59,491 nucleotides of DNA from Tubiluchus corallicola (GCA_030141605.1 JAQGDQ010002413.1:1-59491), one strand, 5' to 3'. Counted from the stretch's first letter, positions 20,407 to 31,347 are shown. Notes: generated by a model not told the origin, from the letters alone. Numbers and translations: made by a program.

Positions 20407-20463
20407 GCAAACATGGCTGTTAATGAAGAAAAACACTTTGACAAAAATTAAATTTTACACATA

Positions 20464-21210
20464 ATGAAACTACTTGAAGGAAAGAGTGCTATTATAACCG
20501 GTGCATCAAGAGGTATTGGCAAAGCTATAGCTGTGAAATTTGCCGAGGAGGGATGCAATATCGCTTTCACAGACCTCAACTACGATGACGCTGCAAAAGA
20601 CACTGAAAAAGAGATCGCTTCACTTGGTGTGAAGGTCAAAGCATACGCCTCTAACGCTGCTAACTTTGAAGATGCAAAAAAGCTTATGAGCGAAATTGCT
20701 GAAGAGTTCGATGGAGTTGATGCATTGGTGAATAATGCGGGGATAACAATGGATACACTTATGATGCGTATGACTGAACAGCAATGGGATACCGTAATCA
20801 ATGTAAACTTAAAATCGGTCTTTAACTACACCAGTGCTGCCTTGCCTGTTATGATGAAACAGCGAAGCGGATCAATTGTAAATATAAGCTCAGTCGTGGG
20901 TGTTAGTGGTAATGCCGGGCAGGCTAACTATTCAGCATCAAAAGCCGGTATTATAGGCTTCACAAAATCCATCGCAAAAGAGGTAGGCTCGAGGGGCATT
21001 CGCTCAAACGCAATTGCTCCGGGTTTTATTATCACAGAAATGACAGATAAAATACCCGAAGATGCGCGCAAAGCATGGGAGGCCTCAATACCATTAAAAC
21101 GTGGTGGAACACCTGAAGAGGTAGCTAATACAGCTCTATTTTTCGCCTCTGACCTCTCTTCATACATATCGGGACAGGTCATAACTGTTTGTGGAGCAAT
21201 GAACACCTGA
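20464..21210 (+). CDS. fabG: 3-oxoacyl-ACP reductase
   Basis: TGASRGIG, NNAGIT.D, GNAGQANYSASKAG, APGFI.TEMT. Confidence 0.95.
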   Translation: MKLLEGKSAIITGASRGIGKAIAVKFAEEGCNIAFTDLNYDDAAKDTEKEIASLGVKVKAYASNAANFEDAKKLMSEIAEEFDGVDALVNNAGITMDTLMMRMTEQQWDTVINVNLKSVFNYTSAALPVMMKQRSGSIVNISSVVGVSGNAGQANYSASKAGIIGFTKSIAKEVGSRGIRSNAIAPGFIITEMTDKIPEDARKAWEASIPLKRGGTPEEVANTALFFASDLSSYISGQVITVCGAMNT

Positions 21211-21337
21211 CTTATAAAAAAAACGTCTTAAAAACTAATTGCATAACCGCTTTATCCTTAAAACTAAAAGCAAAACACTTTACTTTGACAAACTAACCAC
21301 CCAAACGTAGCTCTATAGACTATCACCTAGTGCGCCT

Positions 21338-23263
21338 ATGAAAAATCGTAATCTAATATCCCGCTTTGGAACACTAGTGATACTAGGAGGAAGCGTCATC
21401 CTAATAACTGTAACCTTTATAATATACAACTTTGCTAAAATAGTAGTCCTAAAGAACATGGAAAGTGAGGTCAAAATAAGTAGCCTGCGCTCCACTGAAA
21501 AACTTGGATACATAGCAAACCAGGCCAATGAAACAGTCTCTTTTCTGGAAAACAACGTTTACAAATACAGCAAAGAAGAAAAAGAGACTGAAAACTTTCT
21601 GTCCACCACCATGAAATTTAAAAATGGATTTTACGCTATTCATATCAAAGAGTATGACGATGAGTGGAGCACCGGTCATCTAAAAGATATTCTCGTGGTG
21701 AATAATATAGGGCGCATTGACACAAAGGACCATACACTTATAAAAAAAAGGCACCTACTCGACAACTGGTACAAAAACATAATTGAAGAAAAAGAGACGA
21801 ACCGAAGCACCCCGCTCTATATAGATGAAACCGGAGAACCGATGCTTGCTTATGCAACAGCGCTCCGAGTACATGAAGGTGGTATACAAAAATGGCGCAT
21901 TATTAACTGTATCATCTCCATAAAGGACATTATCAATGAACTAGAAAATACAGACATATATAACAGCGGCTATCTGCTTCTTGTTGCAGATGGCGGGCAG
22001 ATAGTATACCACCCGGAAAGAAAATACAGAGGACAAAAAATTGAGGCCATTAGCGGTTGCTTTGACAATAACGCATTTAGCTCAATAACGAGTGCGTTAA
22101 GAGAGAGGGAAAGTGGTGTTATAATAAAAATTAGAGACATATGCCATGAAAACAGAAAAAGCGCTGCTGTATCCTGGTCTGTCTCTGAAAAGGGACTGAT
22201 GACTTTAGCTTTTGTCCCAAGAACAGAGATACTTGCCGGGCTGAACAAAGCTTCCATGTGGCTGCTAACACTATTGATTATCAGCATAGCACTCCTGGTA
22301 GCAGTTGTAATATATCTCTCGAAAGTAATATTTTCCCCTATCTCACGACTAGCCAGTAGCGTACGCAAGCTTATAGAAGAAGAGGACACATTGCCGGAGC
22401 CCCGGGACGACATAAGCATACTGACAGAAGGATTAAATGTATTAAAACAGCAAATAGAGACATACCACTCCAGGTGGGATAAAAGCCAACGTGACCAGGA
22501 AAGCCTGAACAGAGAGCTGGAGCTTGCACGTGATATAGAGATGAGTATGGTCCCTTCCAAGTTTCCTCTTTACCCAAACAGAACTGACTTCGATTGTTAC
22601 GGCGTACTTATTCCTGCAAAATCAGTTGGTGGAGACTTTTATGATATTTATTTACTGGACGACAACCAGTTGTTTATATCAATATGCGATACCCTGGGAA
22701 AAGGAATACCTGCTGCAATGTTCTCCGTAATGACTCAAACAATGCTCAGAAGTATTGCAAGTAGAAACCATTCCGCAAGTAAAATTGTTACGCTTTTGAA
22801 TGAGGAGCTGAGCAGAGATAACAGCTCGGATATGTTTGTAACAGTATTTCTAGGCATCCTTAACCTTTCTACCGGAAAACTTACCTACTGTAATGCCGGA
22901 CATCAGCACCCATTTATATTAAAACGTAATGGTAAACTAGAAGACTTACCTCACTCTCACGGCACTCCTGTAGGTATTATAGAAGATCAAAAATTTGATG
23001 AAACAGAGGTGGCGCTAAAACTTGGAGATATTTTTATTGGCTATTCCGATGGGATAACAGAAGAGTATAATAGCAGCGGGCAACTTTTTGGACAGCAAAG
23101 ATTACAGAATGAAATTCAAAACGTTAGCGTAAAAGAGCCCAAACAGATTATTGAAGCAACTATTGAGGCGGTAAAGCAACACAGAGGCGAGCACTCCAAC
23201 CAAAAGGATGATATATCGATGATCTCCGTCAAATATAACTCAAAAAGAGGGAGCGCATCATAA
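21338..23263 (+). CDS. Membrane sensor SpoIIE/PP2C-type serine phosphatase (Cache-like plus HAMP-like region)
   Basis: Two TM segments; VGGDFYD, D..GKG.PAA, CNAGH, YSDGITE, DD.S. Confidence 0.88.
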   Translation: MKNRNLISRFGTLVILGGSVILITVTFIIYNFAKIVVLKNMESEVKISSLRSTEKLGYIANQANETVSFLENNVYKYSKEEKETENFLSTTMKFKNGFYAIHIKEYDDEWSTGHLKDILVVNNIGRIDTKDHTLIKKRHLLDNWYKNIIEEKETNRSTPLYIDETGEPMLAYATALRVHEGGIQKWRIINCIISIKDIINELENTDIYNSGYLLLVADGGQIVYHPERKYRGQKIEAISGCFDNNAFSSITSALRERESGVIIKIRDICHENRKSAAVSWSVSEKGLMTLAFVPRTEILAGLNKASMWLLTLLIISIALLVAVVIYLSKVIFSPISRLASSVRKLIEEEDTLPEPRDDISILTEGLNVLKQQIETYHSRWDKSQRDQESLNRELELARDIEMSMVPSKFPLYPNRTDFDCYGVLIPAKSVGGDFYDIYLLDDNQLFISICDTLGKGIPAAMFSVMTQTMLRSIASRNHSASKIVTLLNEELSRDNSSDMFVTVFLGILNLSTGKLTYCNAGHQHPFILKRNGKLEDLPHSHGTPVGIIEDQKFDETEVALKLGDIFIGYSDGITEEYNSSGQLFGQQRLQNEIQNVSVKEPKQIIEATIEAVKQHRGEHSNQKDDISMISVKYNSKRGSAS

Positions 23264-23356
23264 AGTGCAAAACACAAAACCTTTACAAGGATTATTCTTT
23301 GGCCGGCACCAAATTATAAGCCCTAATAAAGGCGCAACTATATACTCTCTTTTACG

Positions 23357-25135
23357 CTATAAATAAGCCAACCCCAAAATGGTAACAGTAACGGCCATAT
23401 AAATAAGCGTAAGCGGGAACCCAAACTTAAAAAAATCTTTAAAAGAATACCCTCCAGGGCCATACACCATAAGGTTTGTTTGATAGCCTATGGGAGTCAT
23501 AAAGTTGGCGGCAGCGGCAAAAGCGACAACAAGGATAAAAGGAGTTGTCGACAACTCCAGATTTAATGCCATAGTTAACGATATGGGAAATATTATAGCC
23601 ACAGCGGCCTTATTTGTGATTAAATTGGCCAATATTGATGTGATAAGGTAGATACCAGTAAGCAGTGCAATATTCCCAAATGGCTCGCAGACAGATATTA
23701 TGCCTTCGGCAATCATTTCAGCAACTCCTGTCTTTAGCATAGCTGTACCTAATGATAATGATAACGCTATTATCATAGCTAGCTCATAATCAACACTTTT
23801 AGGAATATCCTTCGACGGATATATCCTGAGCATACTAATAAGGATGATAAGCACCAAAAGTGATGTGAAGAGTGGAACAAGGTGGAGGGCAGATAGCAAA
23901 ATAGCAGCCCCGACACCCCCAAAAATGACAGCTATTTGCCAAGTATTTATTTTGCAGTGAGACTTCACCTTGGAAATATGGTAAAAATCCAGAGTGCCGG
24001 ACGAAAGAGCTGTAAAATTGCTACCTGCAAAGAGAAGAAGTACATCGCCTGCCCTCAACTTTTGGTAGGTGATCTTACCTGATATCCTCTCCCCGTTTCG
24101 GTGTATTGCGATAATTGCAGCATCAAACTTGCTCCTGAAGCCGGCATCTATCACAGTTTTGCCTATTAATGAAGAGTTGTGTGATATAACAACCTCAACC
24201 ACCTCGGTGGCCCTCTGTTTACTTATTGTGCCTATAGCCGGAAATGATAAGCCTGAATCACTTTTTGTTATAATATCAGCTATTGTATTAGTATCTCCTG
24301 CAAATACGACAAAATCCCCTTCCCGCAGCTTGGTCTGCACAGAAATAGCGGAGATATGCTCTCCCTCTCTAATCACCTCTATGAGATATAATCCTTTCAG
24401 GCTGCTGAGCTCCCTGTTCATTATCTCCTGCCCTGCCAGTGGAGAACCTTTGGTAATTTGTGCCTGCAAAATATACTCGCGATTTTTTGAGCGAAACTCA
24501 TTCATCGCATCTTTTCTGTCGGGCAAAAACCTCTTCCCCGCAAAAGTGATGTAGCAGATCCCTATTAAGGCCATAGTTGCACCAATTGGGAAAAAGGTAA
24601 ATATATTCAGCTGGGGAAGATCCGGGACTATCTCCTGCTCTGTTACCATACCGTTTATCATGAGGTTGGTAGATGTACCTATAAGTGTTACACAACCACC
24701 CAAAATAGCCGCATAAGAAAGCGGTATTAGCAGTTTAGATGGAGAAATATTATTTCTTTTACCCCAACTGTGAATATACGGCATTATAATAGCAACAAGT
24801 GGAGTGTTATTAAGAAAAGCAGAAGAGGTGGCAACAATGGACATAATTTTGACAATAAAACTTCTGTAACTCTTTGTCCCACTAAAGAGCTTTTCAAATA
24901 TCCTATCCACCACCGATGCTTGGCGAATAATATCACCCAAAATAAGCAGCAGTAAAATTACCACCAGCTGCTCGTTAGCAAATCCGCTAAGTATTTCTAC
25001 TGGAGAGAGTATCTCTGTAATACCCAGCACCCCAACTGCGATAACGAAAGTAAAAGCCGGCCCCAGTATTTCAAAATAGAGAGAAATAAGAATAAAGGCG
25101 AGCACTGCAAATACTATAATAACATCAATACTCAA
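23357..25135 (-). CDS. SLC13-family permease with TrkA-C domains
   Basis: SAFLNNTP, LGG..TLIGTSTN, TPIGYQTNLMVYGPGGY.F.DF. Confidence 0.92.
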   Translation of the reverse strand: MSIDVIIVFAVLAFILISLYFEILGPAFTFVIAVGVLGITEILSPVEILSGFANEQLVVILLLLILGDIIRQASVVDRIFEKLFSGTKSYRSFIVKIMSIVATSSAFLNNTPLVAIIMPYIHSWGKRNNISPSKLLIPLSYAAILGGCVTLIGTSTNLMINGMVTEQEIVPDLPQLNIFTFFPIGATMALIGICYITFAGKRFLPDRKDAMNEFRSKNREYILQAQITKGSPLAGQEIMNRELSSLKGLYLIEVIREGEHISAISVQTKLREGDFVVFAGDTNTIADIITKSDSGLSFPAIGTISKQRATEVVEVVISHNSSLIGKTVIDAGFRSKFDAAIIAIHRNGERISGKITYQKLRAGDVLLLFAGSNFTALSSGTLDFYHISKVKSHCKINTWQIAVIFGGVGAAILLSALHLVPLFTSLLVLIILISMLRIYPSKDIPKSVDYELAMIIALSLSLGTAMLKTGVAEMIAEGIISVCEPFGNIALLTGIYLITSILANLITNKAAVAIIFPISLTMALNLELSTTPFILVVAFAAAANFMTPIGYQTNLMVYGPGGYSFKDFFKFGFPLTLIYMAVTVTILGLAYL

Positions 25136-25514
25136 GGTTTTCCTATCATTTTTAAAATGAGAGAGTGAAGTTAATATATTTTTAATAACAATGAAGTTCC
25201 TTTAAAGAGAAGTATTTAAAACTTAACTCGAGAGAAAATTTGATACGAACCCGAAGTAGTAAGCAGGGATTTTAAAGATTCTTTGCAAAAAGCAGGCAAA
25301 AGGCCTATCTCATAAAAGCTTTACGGCTCTAAAGGTGATGGCCTATATCTATAAAATAGAGAAGCCCTCAAGAGCTAACTGACTTTCAAGGAAAATCGAA
25401 AAAATGAAAAACACAGACTTAAAAACCTCAAGAGCCAACTGACTTTCAAGGGCTCTATATTTTACACCACAACCTTCTGTTATAGTAGAATATAACTCCT
25501 CACATTAAAACTCA

Positions 25515-26180
25515 CTAGAATAGCTTAAACCCTAAAGAGAATGTGAGGTAGTTCGCTTTATTTTCAAAATTAAATTCATCTATGATACTGTCGTAACTAG
25601 CGTCACTGATATTTGTTATCCCCGCTATTGAATACCTTACATCAAAAGTAAATTTAGCTATATCAATACCCGCTCCGAACTGGAGATCCCATATGAGGGA
25701 ATTATAGTTGTTTCCCGCATCAACTATTGTGTTACTGTCAATATCCAAAAGGCTGGACTCTTTATCAAGAACAATAGAAGCAGCAGGACCGGCAAAGGCA
25801 TGTACAGAAAGAAGTTTGAGGTCTAAAACTTTGTACCCAAGCAACAGGGGAATATCCAAAGAAGTAACGGAGATATACTGATTATACTGGATTTGCTCGG
25901 CAGACACCTCACCACTTTGAAAATTTGTAATCCCGCTTTTTTTAGAATACAAAAACTCGGGTTGAAGATAAAGCTTCTTACCAACACGAGCAAAGAGACC
26001 AAAACTATAGCCAGACTTGGTCTTATCAGTACTAAAAAAATCGGAAAAAGAAAGCTCACTTAAATCCAGCCCAGTTACAGCAGTTGAAAACCACGCTTTT
26101 ACTCCAAGGTCAATTGTCTGAGCGAAGCTGCTACAAGCAATAAATACAGAAACTACAAAACAGAGAACAAATTTTTTCAT
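25515..26180 (-). CDS. Outer-membrane beta-barrel (PorT/porin-family) protein, diverged duplicate
   Basis: Signal peptide, YLQPE.LYS, LDIPLLLGYK, AGP, C-terminal SLGFKLF; lacks GLNTS relative to 28710-29384. Confidence 0.8.
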   Translation of the reverse strand: MKKFVLCFVVSVFIACSSFAQTIDLGVKAWFSTAVTGLDLSELSFSDFFSTDKTKSGYSFGLFARVGKKLYLQPEFLYSKKSGITNFQSGEVSAEQIQYNQYISVTSLDIPLLLGYKVLDLKLLSVHAFAGPAASIVLDKESSLLDIDSNTIVDAGNNYNSLIWDLQFGAGIDIAKFTFDVRYSIAGITNISDASYDSIIDEFNFENKANYLTFSLGFKLF

Positions 26181-26402
26181 GCTTTTAATATTTTAAATTG
26201 TAGTACTGGAATCTACTGCACTCTAAAAGCTGTAACCGAAATTATATTGACTCTTTCACCTCACAACCTTACCAACAAAAGTAATAAAAAAAGCTAAGCC
26301 TTCTATAAAGCTCATCTTTTTAGCTGACACCTTTATCAAAACGGGCTCTCTAGCCCTCCAGGCCTGCTTACAAAGAAGATCCCCCTTTTTCATCTACTGT
26401 AT

Positions 26403-26716
26403 CTATCCGGTTACTTCTGAAGGTATTCCCATCACCATGACTTTTTTATCATTTTTGGGACGAGGCGTAAAAATATCATCCGGCTCTATCCCTACCTCTT
26501 TTATTACTTCTAAGCAATACTCAAGCCTTCCCAGATCATCATTACTTCCGTTGTTAGTGCCAAATGAAAACTTAACACCTGCCTCTTTTGCTTTTTTGGC
26601 AAGAGCTATACCTGGCAACCTGAAGCGCGCATTGATCTCCAACGCTACATCATTGCTTTTCAATGCCTTTACAACACGATCTGTCCTTTCAGGCGTCCAT
26701 AACCTGTCATAATCTT
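26403..26716 (-). pseudogene. Duplicated 3' fragment of the 29607-31064 gene
   Basis: Matches the C-terminal ~103 aa except one I/T change; start MWCTKQE comes from the IS left end. Confidence 0.88.
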
Positions 26717-28362
26717 CCTGTTTTGTGCACCACAACGACGCCCCAAGAATGCACTACTGATTATCAGCAAGATAGGAATTTCAAATTTGCATTTTGGGTG
26801 CTGCATGCTTAATTTTATGCATGTTTGTCCGAAAAAATAAGAATCGGAGTGGTTCTGTGAGTGTACAGATAATCTCAAAAAATCATGGTAAATATAAGGT
26901 TGTAAAAACCGTAGGTTGCGCAAAAACAAAGCGGGAAGAAGAATTGCTTTTATTGCTTACCAACACAGAGATAGAGCGGCTTAGGGGCATGCAATCGCTT
27001 TTTGTTGAACACGATGATTTGGTGGTTGAAAACTTTGTGGACAGCATTGCAAACAATCATTTACAAGTTGTAGGAAGTGAATTAATTTTAGGCAAAATTT
27101 ATCAAGTCTTTAACTTTCCGGATGATGGGTGCTGCAATTATTTTCGCAACCTGGTATTATGTCGGTTAGTGTACCCGGGAAGCAAATTAAAAACCGTTGA
27201 CTATTTTAGACAGCACCTGAATACAGATGTTAGCGTACACACTATTTATCGTTTCCTTGACGAGCTAAATACAAGTTTAAAGCCACAAATTGAACAACTT
27301 ACCTTTAAGCACACCAGGAAGCTACTAAAAGGAAAGATAAGTATCGCATTTTATGATATGACCACATTGTATTTTGAGGCATCAGAAGAAGATGACTACC
27401 GTATTCCCGGATTCAACAAAGATGGCAAGCTTCAACAACCGCAAATAATGATAGGTTTACTGGTGGGTAAATATGGATACCCGATTGGCTATCAAATATT
27501 CGAGGGAAACACCTCTGAAACAAAAACACTAATCCCTGTTCTGGAAGCCTTTCAAAATAAATTTAATATCGAAAGGCCTATTGTAGTTGCCGATGCAGCT
27601 TTACTCTCGCAGAAGAACATAAATGCCTTGATTGAAAACAAATACGAGTACATACTTGGAGGACGGATAAAGAATGAAAGTCAAAAAATAAAAGAAAAAA
27701 TTATAGCTCTTGATATTAAAGAAAACAAGCCAGTTGAGTTGAAAAACAAGAATGGAAGGTTGATTATCAGCTTCTCAGAAAAAAGAGCCTTCAACGATAA
27801 AAAAACAGAGAGAAGGGCTTAAAAAGACTTGAAAAACGTGTTGCTTCCGGCAAGCTAACAAAGAATCACATAAATAATCGCGGGTATAATAAATATCTGA
27901 ATCTGTCGGGGGAGATTGCCGTTAAAATCGACTACGATAAGTTCCAGTCAGATAGAGTTTGGGATGGGTTGAAGGGTTATGTAACCAATACCCATTTACC
28001 GAGAAAAGATGTTATCGGGAATTATAGTCAGTTGTGGCAAGTGGAAAAAGCTTTTCGTATATCAAAAACTGATTTACGAATACGGCCAGTTTATCACCGC
28101 TTAAAAGAACGCATTGAAGCCCATATCTGTATTTGTTTCACAGCCTATGCCATTTACAAAGAGCTGGAAAGGTTATTGAAGGCAAATAATATTGATATCT
28201 CTGCTGAAAAAGCCTTGGAACAAATCCGGCAGATCAGGCAGCTGCAATACACTCTGCCCAAATCGAAACAAGTCAGAACAAAAATATTACAGCCAACTGA
28301 AATGCAAAAAAAGTTGTTAAATATGAAATTATAAACTTGGGTGCTGCAATGCACAAAACAGG
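26717..28362 (+). mobile_element. IS1634-family element, copy 2 (1646 bp)
   Basis: Same IRs and body as 28-1674; one A missing in the run near 27800. Confidence 0.93.
26821..28334 (+). pseudogene. IS1634 transposase, frameshifted
   Basis: Split into 26794-27822 and 27969-28334 by a 1-bp deletion in a poly-A run; also an H>L change in DGKHQ. Confidence 0.88.
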
Positions 28363-29920
28363 AAGTTAATATATTTTTAATAACAATGAAGTTCCTTTAA
28401 AGAGAAGTATTTAAAACTTAACTCGAGAGAAAATTTGATACGAACCCGAAGTAGTAAGCAGGGATTTTAAAGATTCTTTGCAAAAAGCAGGCAAAAGGCC
28501 TATCTCATAAAAGCTTTACGGCTCCAAAGGTGATGGCCTATATCTATAAAATAGAGAAGCCCTCAAGAGCTAACTGACTTTCAAGGAAAATCGAAAAAAT
28601 GAAAAACACAGACTTAAAAACCTCAAGAGCCAACTGACTTTCAAGGGCTCTATATTTTACACCACAACCTTCTGTTATAGTAGAATATAACTCCTCACAT
28701 TAAAACTCACTAGAATAGCTTAAACCCTAAAGAGAATGTGAGGTAGTTCGCTTTATTTTCAAAATTAAATTCATCTATGATACTGTCGTAACTAGCGTCA
28801 CTGATATTTGTTATCCCCATTGAATACCTTACATCAAAAGTAAATTTAGCTATATCAATACCCGCTCCGAACTGGAGATCCCATATGAGGGAATTATAGT
28901 TGTTTCCCGCATCAACTATTGTGTTACTGTCAATATCCAAAAGGCTGGACTCTTTATCAAGAACAATAGAAGCAGCAGGACCGGCAAAGGCATGTACAGA
29001 AAGAAGTTTGAGGTCTAAAACTTTGTACCCAAGCAACAGGGGAATATCCAAAGAAGTAACGGAGATATCCTGATTATACTGGATTTGCTCGGCAGACACC
29101 TCACCACTTTGAAAATTTGTAATCCCGCTTTTTTTAGAATACAAAAGCTCGGGTTGAAGATAAAGCTTCTTACCAACACGAGCAAAGAGACCAAAACTAT
29201 AGCCAGACTTGGTCTTATCAGTACTAAAATCGGAAAAAGAAAGCTCACTTAAATCCAGCCCAGTTGCAGCAGTTGAAAACCACGAAGTGTTCAGTCCCGC
29301 TTTTACTCCAAGGTCAATTGTCTGAGCGAAGCTGCTACAAGCAATAAATACAGAAACTACAAAACAGAGAACAAATTTTTTCATGCTTTTAATATTTTAA
29401 ATTGTAATACTGGAATCTACTACACTCTAAAAGCTGTAACCGAAATTATATTGACTCTTTCACCTCACAACCTTACCAACAAAAGTAATAAAAAAAGCTA
29501 AGCCTTCTATAAAGCTCATCTTTTTAGCTGACACCTTTATCAAAACGGGCTCTCTAGCCCTCCAGGCCTGCTTACAAAGAAGATCCCCCTTTTTCATCTA
29601 CTGTATCTATCCGGTTACTTCTGAAGGTATTCCCATCACCATGACTTTTTTATCATTTTTGGGACGAGGCGTAAAAATATCATCCGGCTCTATCCCTACC
29701 TCTTTTATTACTTCTAAGCAATACTCAAGCCTTCCCAGATCATCATTACTTCCGTTGTTAGTGCCAAATGAAAACTTAACACCCGCCTCTTTTGCTTTTT
29801 TGGCAAGAGCTATACCTGGCAACCTGAAGCGCGCATTGATCTCCAACGCTACATCATTGCTTTTCAATGCCTTTACAACACGATCTATCCTTTCAGGCGT
29901 CCATAACCTGTCATAATCTT
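28363..29920. repeat. Right copy (1558 bp) of the long direct repeat flanking IS1634 copy 2
   Basis: Begins immediately after the right IR; matches 25168-26716. Confidence 0.93.
28710..29384 (-). CDS. Outer-membrane beta-barrel (PorT/porin-family) protein, ancestral-like copy
   Basis: Signal peptide, GVKAGLN.S, QPELLYS, terminal aromatic residue. Confidence 0.85.
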   Translation of the reverse strand: MKKFVLCFVVSVFIACSSFAQTIDLGVKAGLNTSWFSTAATGLDLSELSFSDFSTDKTKSGYSFGLFARVGKKLYLQPELLYSKKSGITNFQSGEVSAEQIQYNQDISVTSLDIPLLLGYKVLDLKLLSVHAFAGPAASIVLDKESSLLDIDSNTIVDAGNNYNSLIWDLQFGAGIDIAKFTFDVRYSMGITNISDASYDSIIDEFNFENKANYLTFSLGFKLF

Positions 29921-31064
29921 TATCTATCACTTCCGGCAGATATGTGGGATTTACATAAATATCAATCGGCTCATACTTTAGTATAGACTCAATCTTCTCA
30001 ACAAGCATATCCATAAACTGCTGCTCATCTTCCACAACAACCTCATCCGGTAGCCAAAGGCGCATCCGCCTTCCCTTATGATCTGTCCATGTCATAGCAT
30101 CTGTAAAAATATAGTCGAACTTTGCTACCGCTTCAGGAGAGAAAAGTGTAACCCACTCACGCCCCTCACACTGCATAGCTTTGAAGACAGGCTCATCTCG
30201 AATACTATCTATATACTTATTAAGCGACTCATCTCTGGTTACAGGAAACTTCAACCCGCAGTTAACAGCTATTCCATAATTAAACCCATGACTCCTACCA
30301 TGCCGCCGGGCCTGCTCCGCAGTAAGACCTCCTTTCAGGTGCCCGTGATAATCAATTAAAGGAAACCCATCCTGGTTGAGAAGTGTCAACACCTGTTGCA
30401 CCTCATCCTCCTTTGCATCAAGAGCACCACAAGCCACAACATCATCTTCCAGCGGATAAACAAGTAACTCCCCCACAACTATCTCCCCCTCTCCTGTTAC
30501 TTTTTCAACAAACAACTTCCCTTGTGAAAGCAGCATCTTCGCAAACTTACTCCGCCTTACAGGTGTCTTAGGCTCAAAATACTCGCTTATAACTTTATCA
30601 TTAACAGACGCCTTTATATGATTTCCACGAACGGATATATTCAGCTTAAACCACTCATCTTCAAAAGCTGTACTTACATAATTATTCCTTATATTACAGA
30701 GGCTGCCGGTCTTCTGCCTGCACCCTGTACCATAATCACTGTTATTTATATACACTCTATACCCACTTGGTGAAACACCACCTTTATAGTGAAACCCTAT
30801 AACACCTGATGCCCCTCCAGAAGACTTAATCTTCGCTGAAACTTCAAAATTTTTCAACGTAAACCTGGATACTATTTTAGATGCTTTATCTCCAAACAAA
30901 AGACCTTCGTCTCCGGACTGCACCTCTGACAACTTCCAGTACTTGCGGGCATCACTCCCTCCAACAGATGTGGACTTCCCTGTCTCGGGACACGAAAAAC
31001 AACTAGTAAAAAACAATGCAAATAAACATGCTGAAACAGATTGCAGGTATAATCTTTTTATCAT
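29607..31064 (-). CDS. Secreted/lipoprotein with a DUF1080 (3-keto-disaccharide hydrolase-like) domain and a PHP-like domain
   Basis: KTGSL..IRN, WF.L.I.VRGN.I...VN; C-terminal DYHGHLKGG, LEINAR..LP, FSFGTN. Confidence 0.7.
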   Translation of the reverse strand: MIKRLYLQSVSACLFALFFTSCFSCPETGKSTSVGGSDARKYWKLSEVQSGDEGLLFGDKASKIVSRFTLKNFEVSAKIKSSGGASGVIGFHYKGGVSPSGYRVYINNSDYGTGCRQKTGSLCNIRNNYVSTAFEDEWFKLNISVRGNHIKASVNDKVISEYFEPKTPVRRSKFAKMLLSQGKLFVEKVTGEGEIVVGELLVYPLEDDVVACGALDAKEDEVQQVLTLLNQDGFPLIDYHGHLKGGLTAEQARRHGRSHGFNYGIAVNCGLKFPVTRDESLNKYIDSIRDEPVFKAMQCEGREWVTLFSPEAVAKFDYIFTDAMTWTDHKGRRMRLWLPDEVVVEDEQQFMDMLVEKIESILKYEPIDIYVNPTYLPEVIDKDYDRLWTPERIDRVVKALKSNDVALEINARFRLPGIALAKKAKEAGVKFSFGTNNGSNDDLGRLEYCLEVIKEVGIEPDDIFTPRPKNDKKVMVMGIPSEVTG

Positions 31065-31205
31065 TCGAATGTAAGTTTAGTTCCTAAATCAGGCTTAAAG
31101 AGGTACTCTCTGCCTGTCTATTGCCAGACAGCAGTACATTTCTACATTAGGCCCCGAATAAATTAAGATGACAATTTACAAGAAATTACTCAATAATACT
31201 CCTCT

Positions 31206-31347
31206 GGGACCTATGCAAAGCGAAAAATCTTTGAGGCAGAATAAGATAAAACTTGATAAGAAATAGCAATTTACTGATTACAAATAAGGGGCTTGAAGAG
31301 GACAACCAATAAAACATCAATAAAAAGATAAGTTTTGCATAAGTCTC
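31206..31347 (+). mobile_element. MITE-like repeat with imperfect IS5-type terminal IRs
   Basis: GGGACCTATGCAAA ... TTTGCATAAGTCTC; related sequences at 31421, 39160, 44250, 55111 and 20190. Confidence 0.6.

Larger units (their letters stand above)
25168..26716. repeat. Left copy (1549 bp) of the long direct repeat flanking IS1634 copy 2
   Basis: Matches 28363-29920 with about 8 substitutions and 3 indels; abuts the left IR exactly. Confidence 0.93.

Noticed and set aside
20225-20410. Small intergenic ORFs here and at 31317-31511 and 55220-55438
   Set aside because: They overlap repeat relics or promoter regions, lack ATG starts and have no family features.
25366-25451. Two 26-bp direct repeats (CCTCAAGAGCYAACTGACTTTCAAGG) separated by 34 bp, also present in the duplicate near 28561-28646; resembles a minimal CRISPR
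   Set aside because: Only two units, no cas genes in the window, and the second occurrence is part of the 1.55-kb duplication.
27790-27830. Possible programmed frameshift in IS1634 copy 2
   Set aside because: The other two copies are in frame with one more A; a slippage mutation or sequencing error is more likely.
25168-29920. Assembly artefact as the explanation for the 1.55-kb repeat
   Set aside because: The copies differ by several substitutions and in-frame indels and end exactly at the IS termini; long-read confirmation is still advisable.
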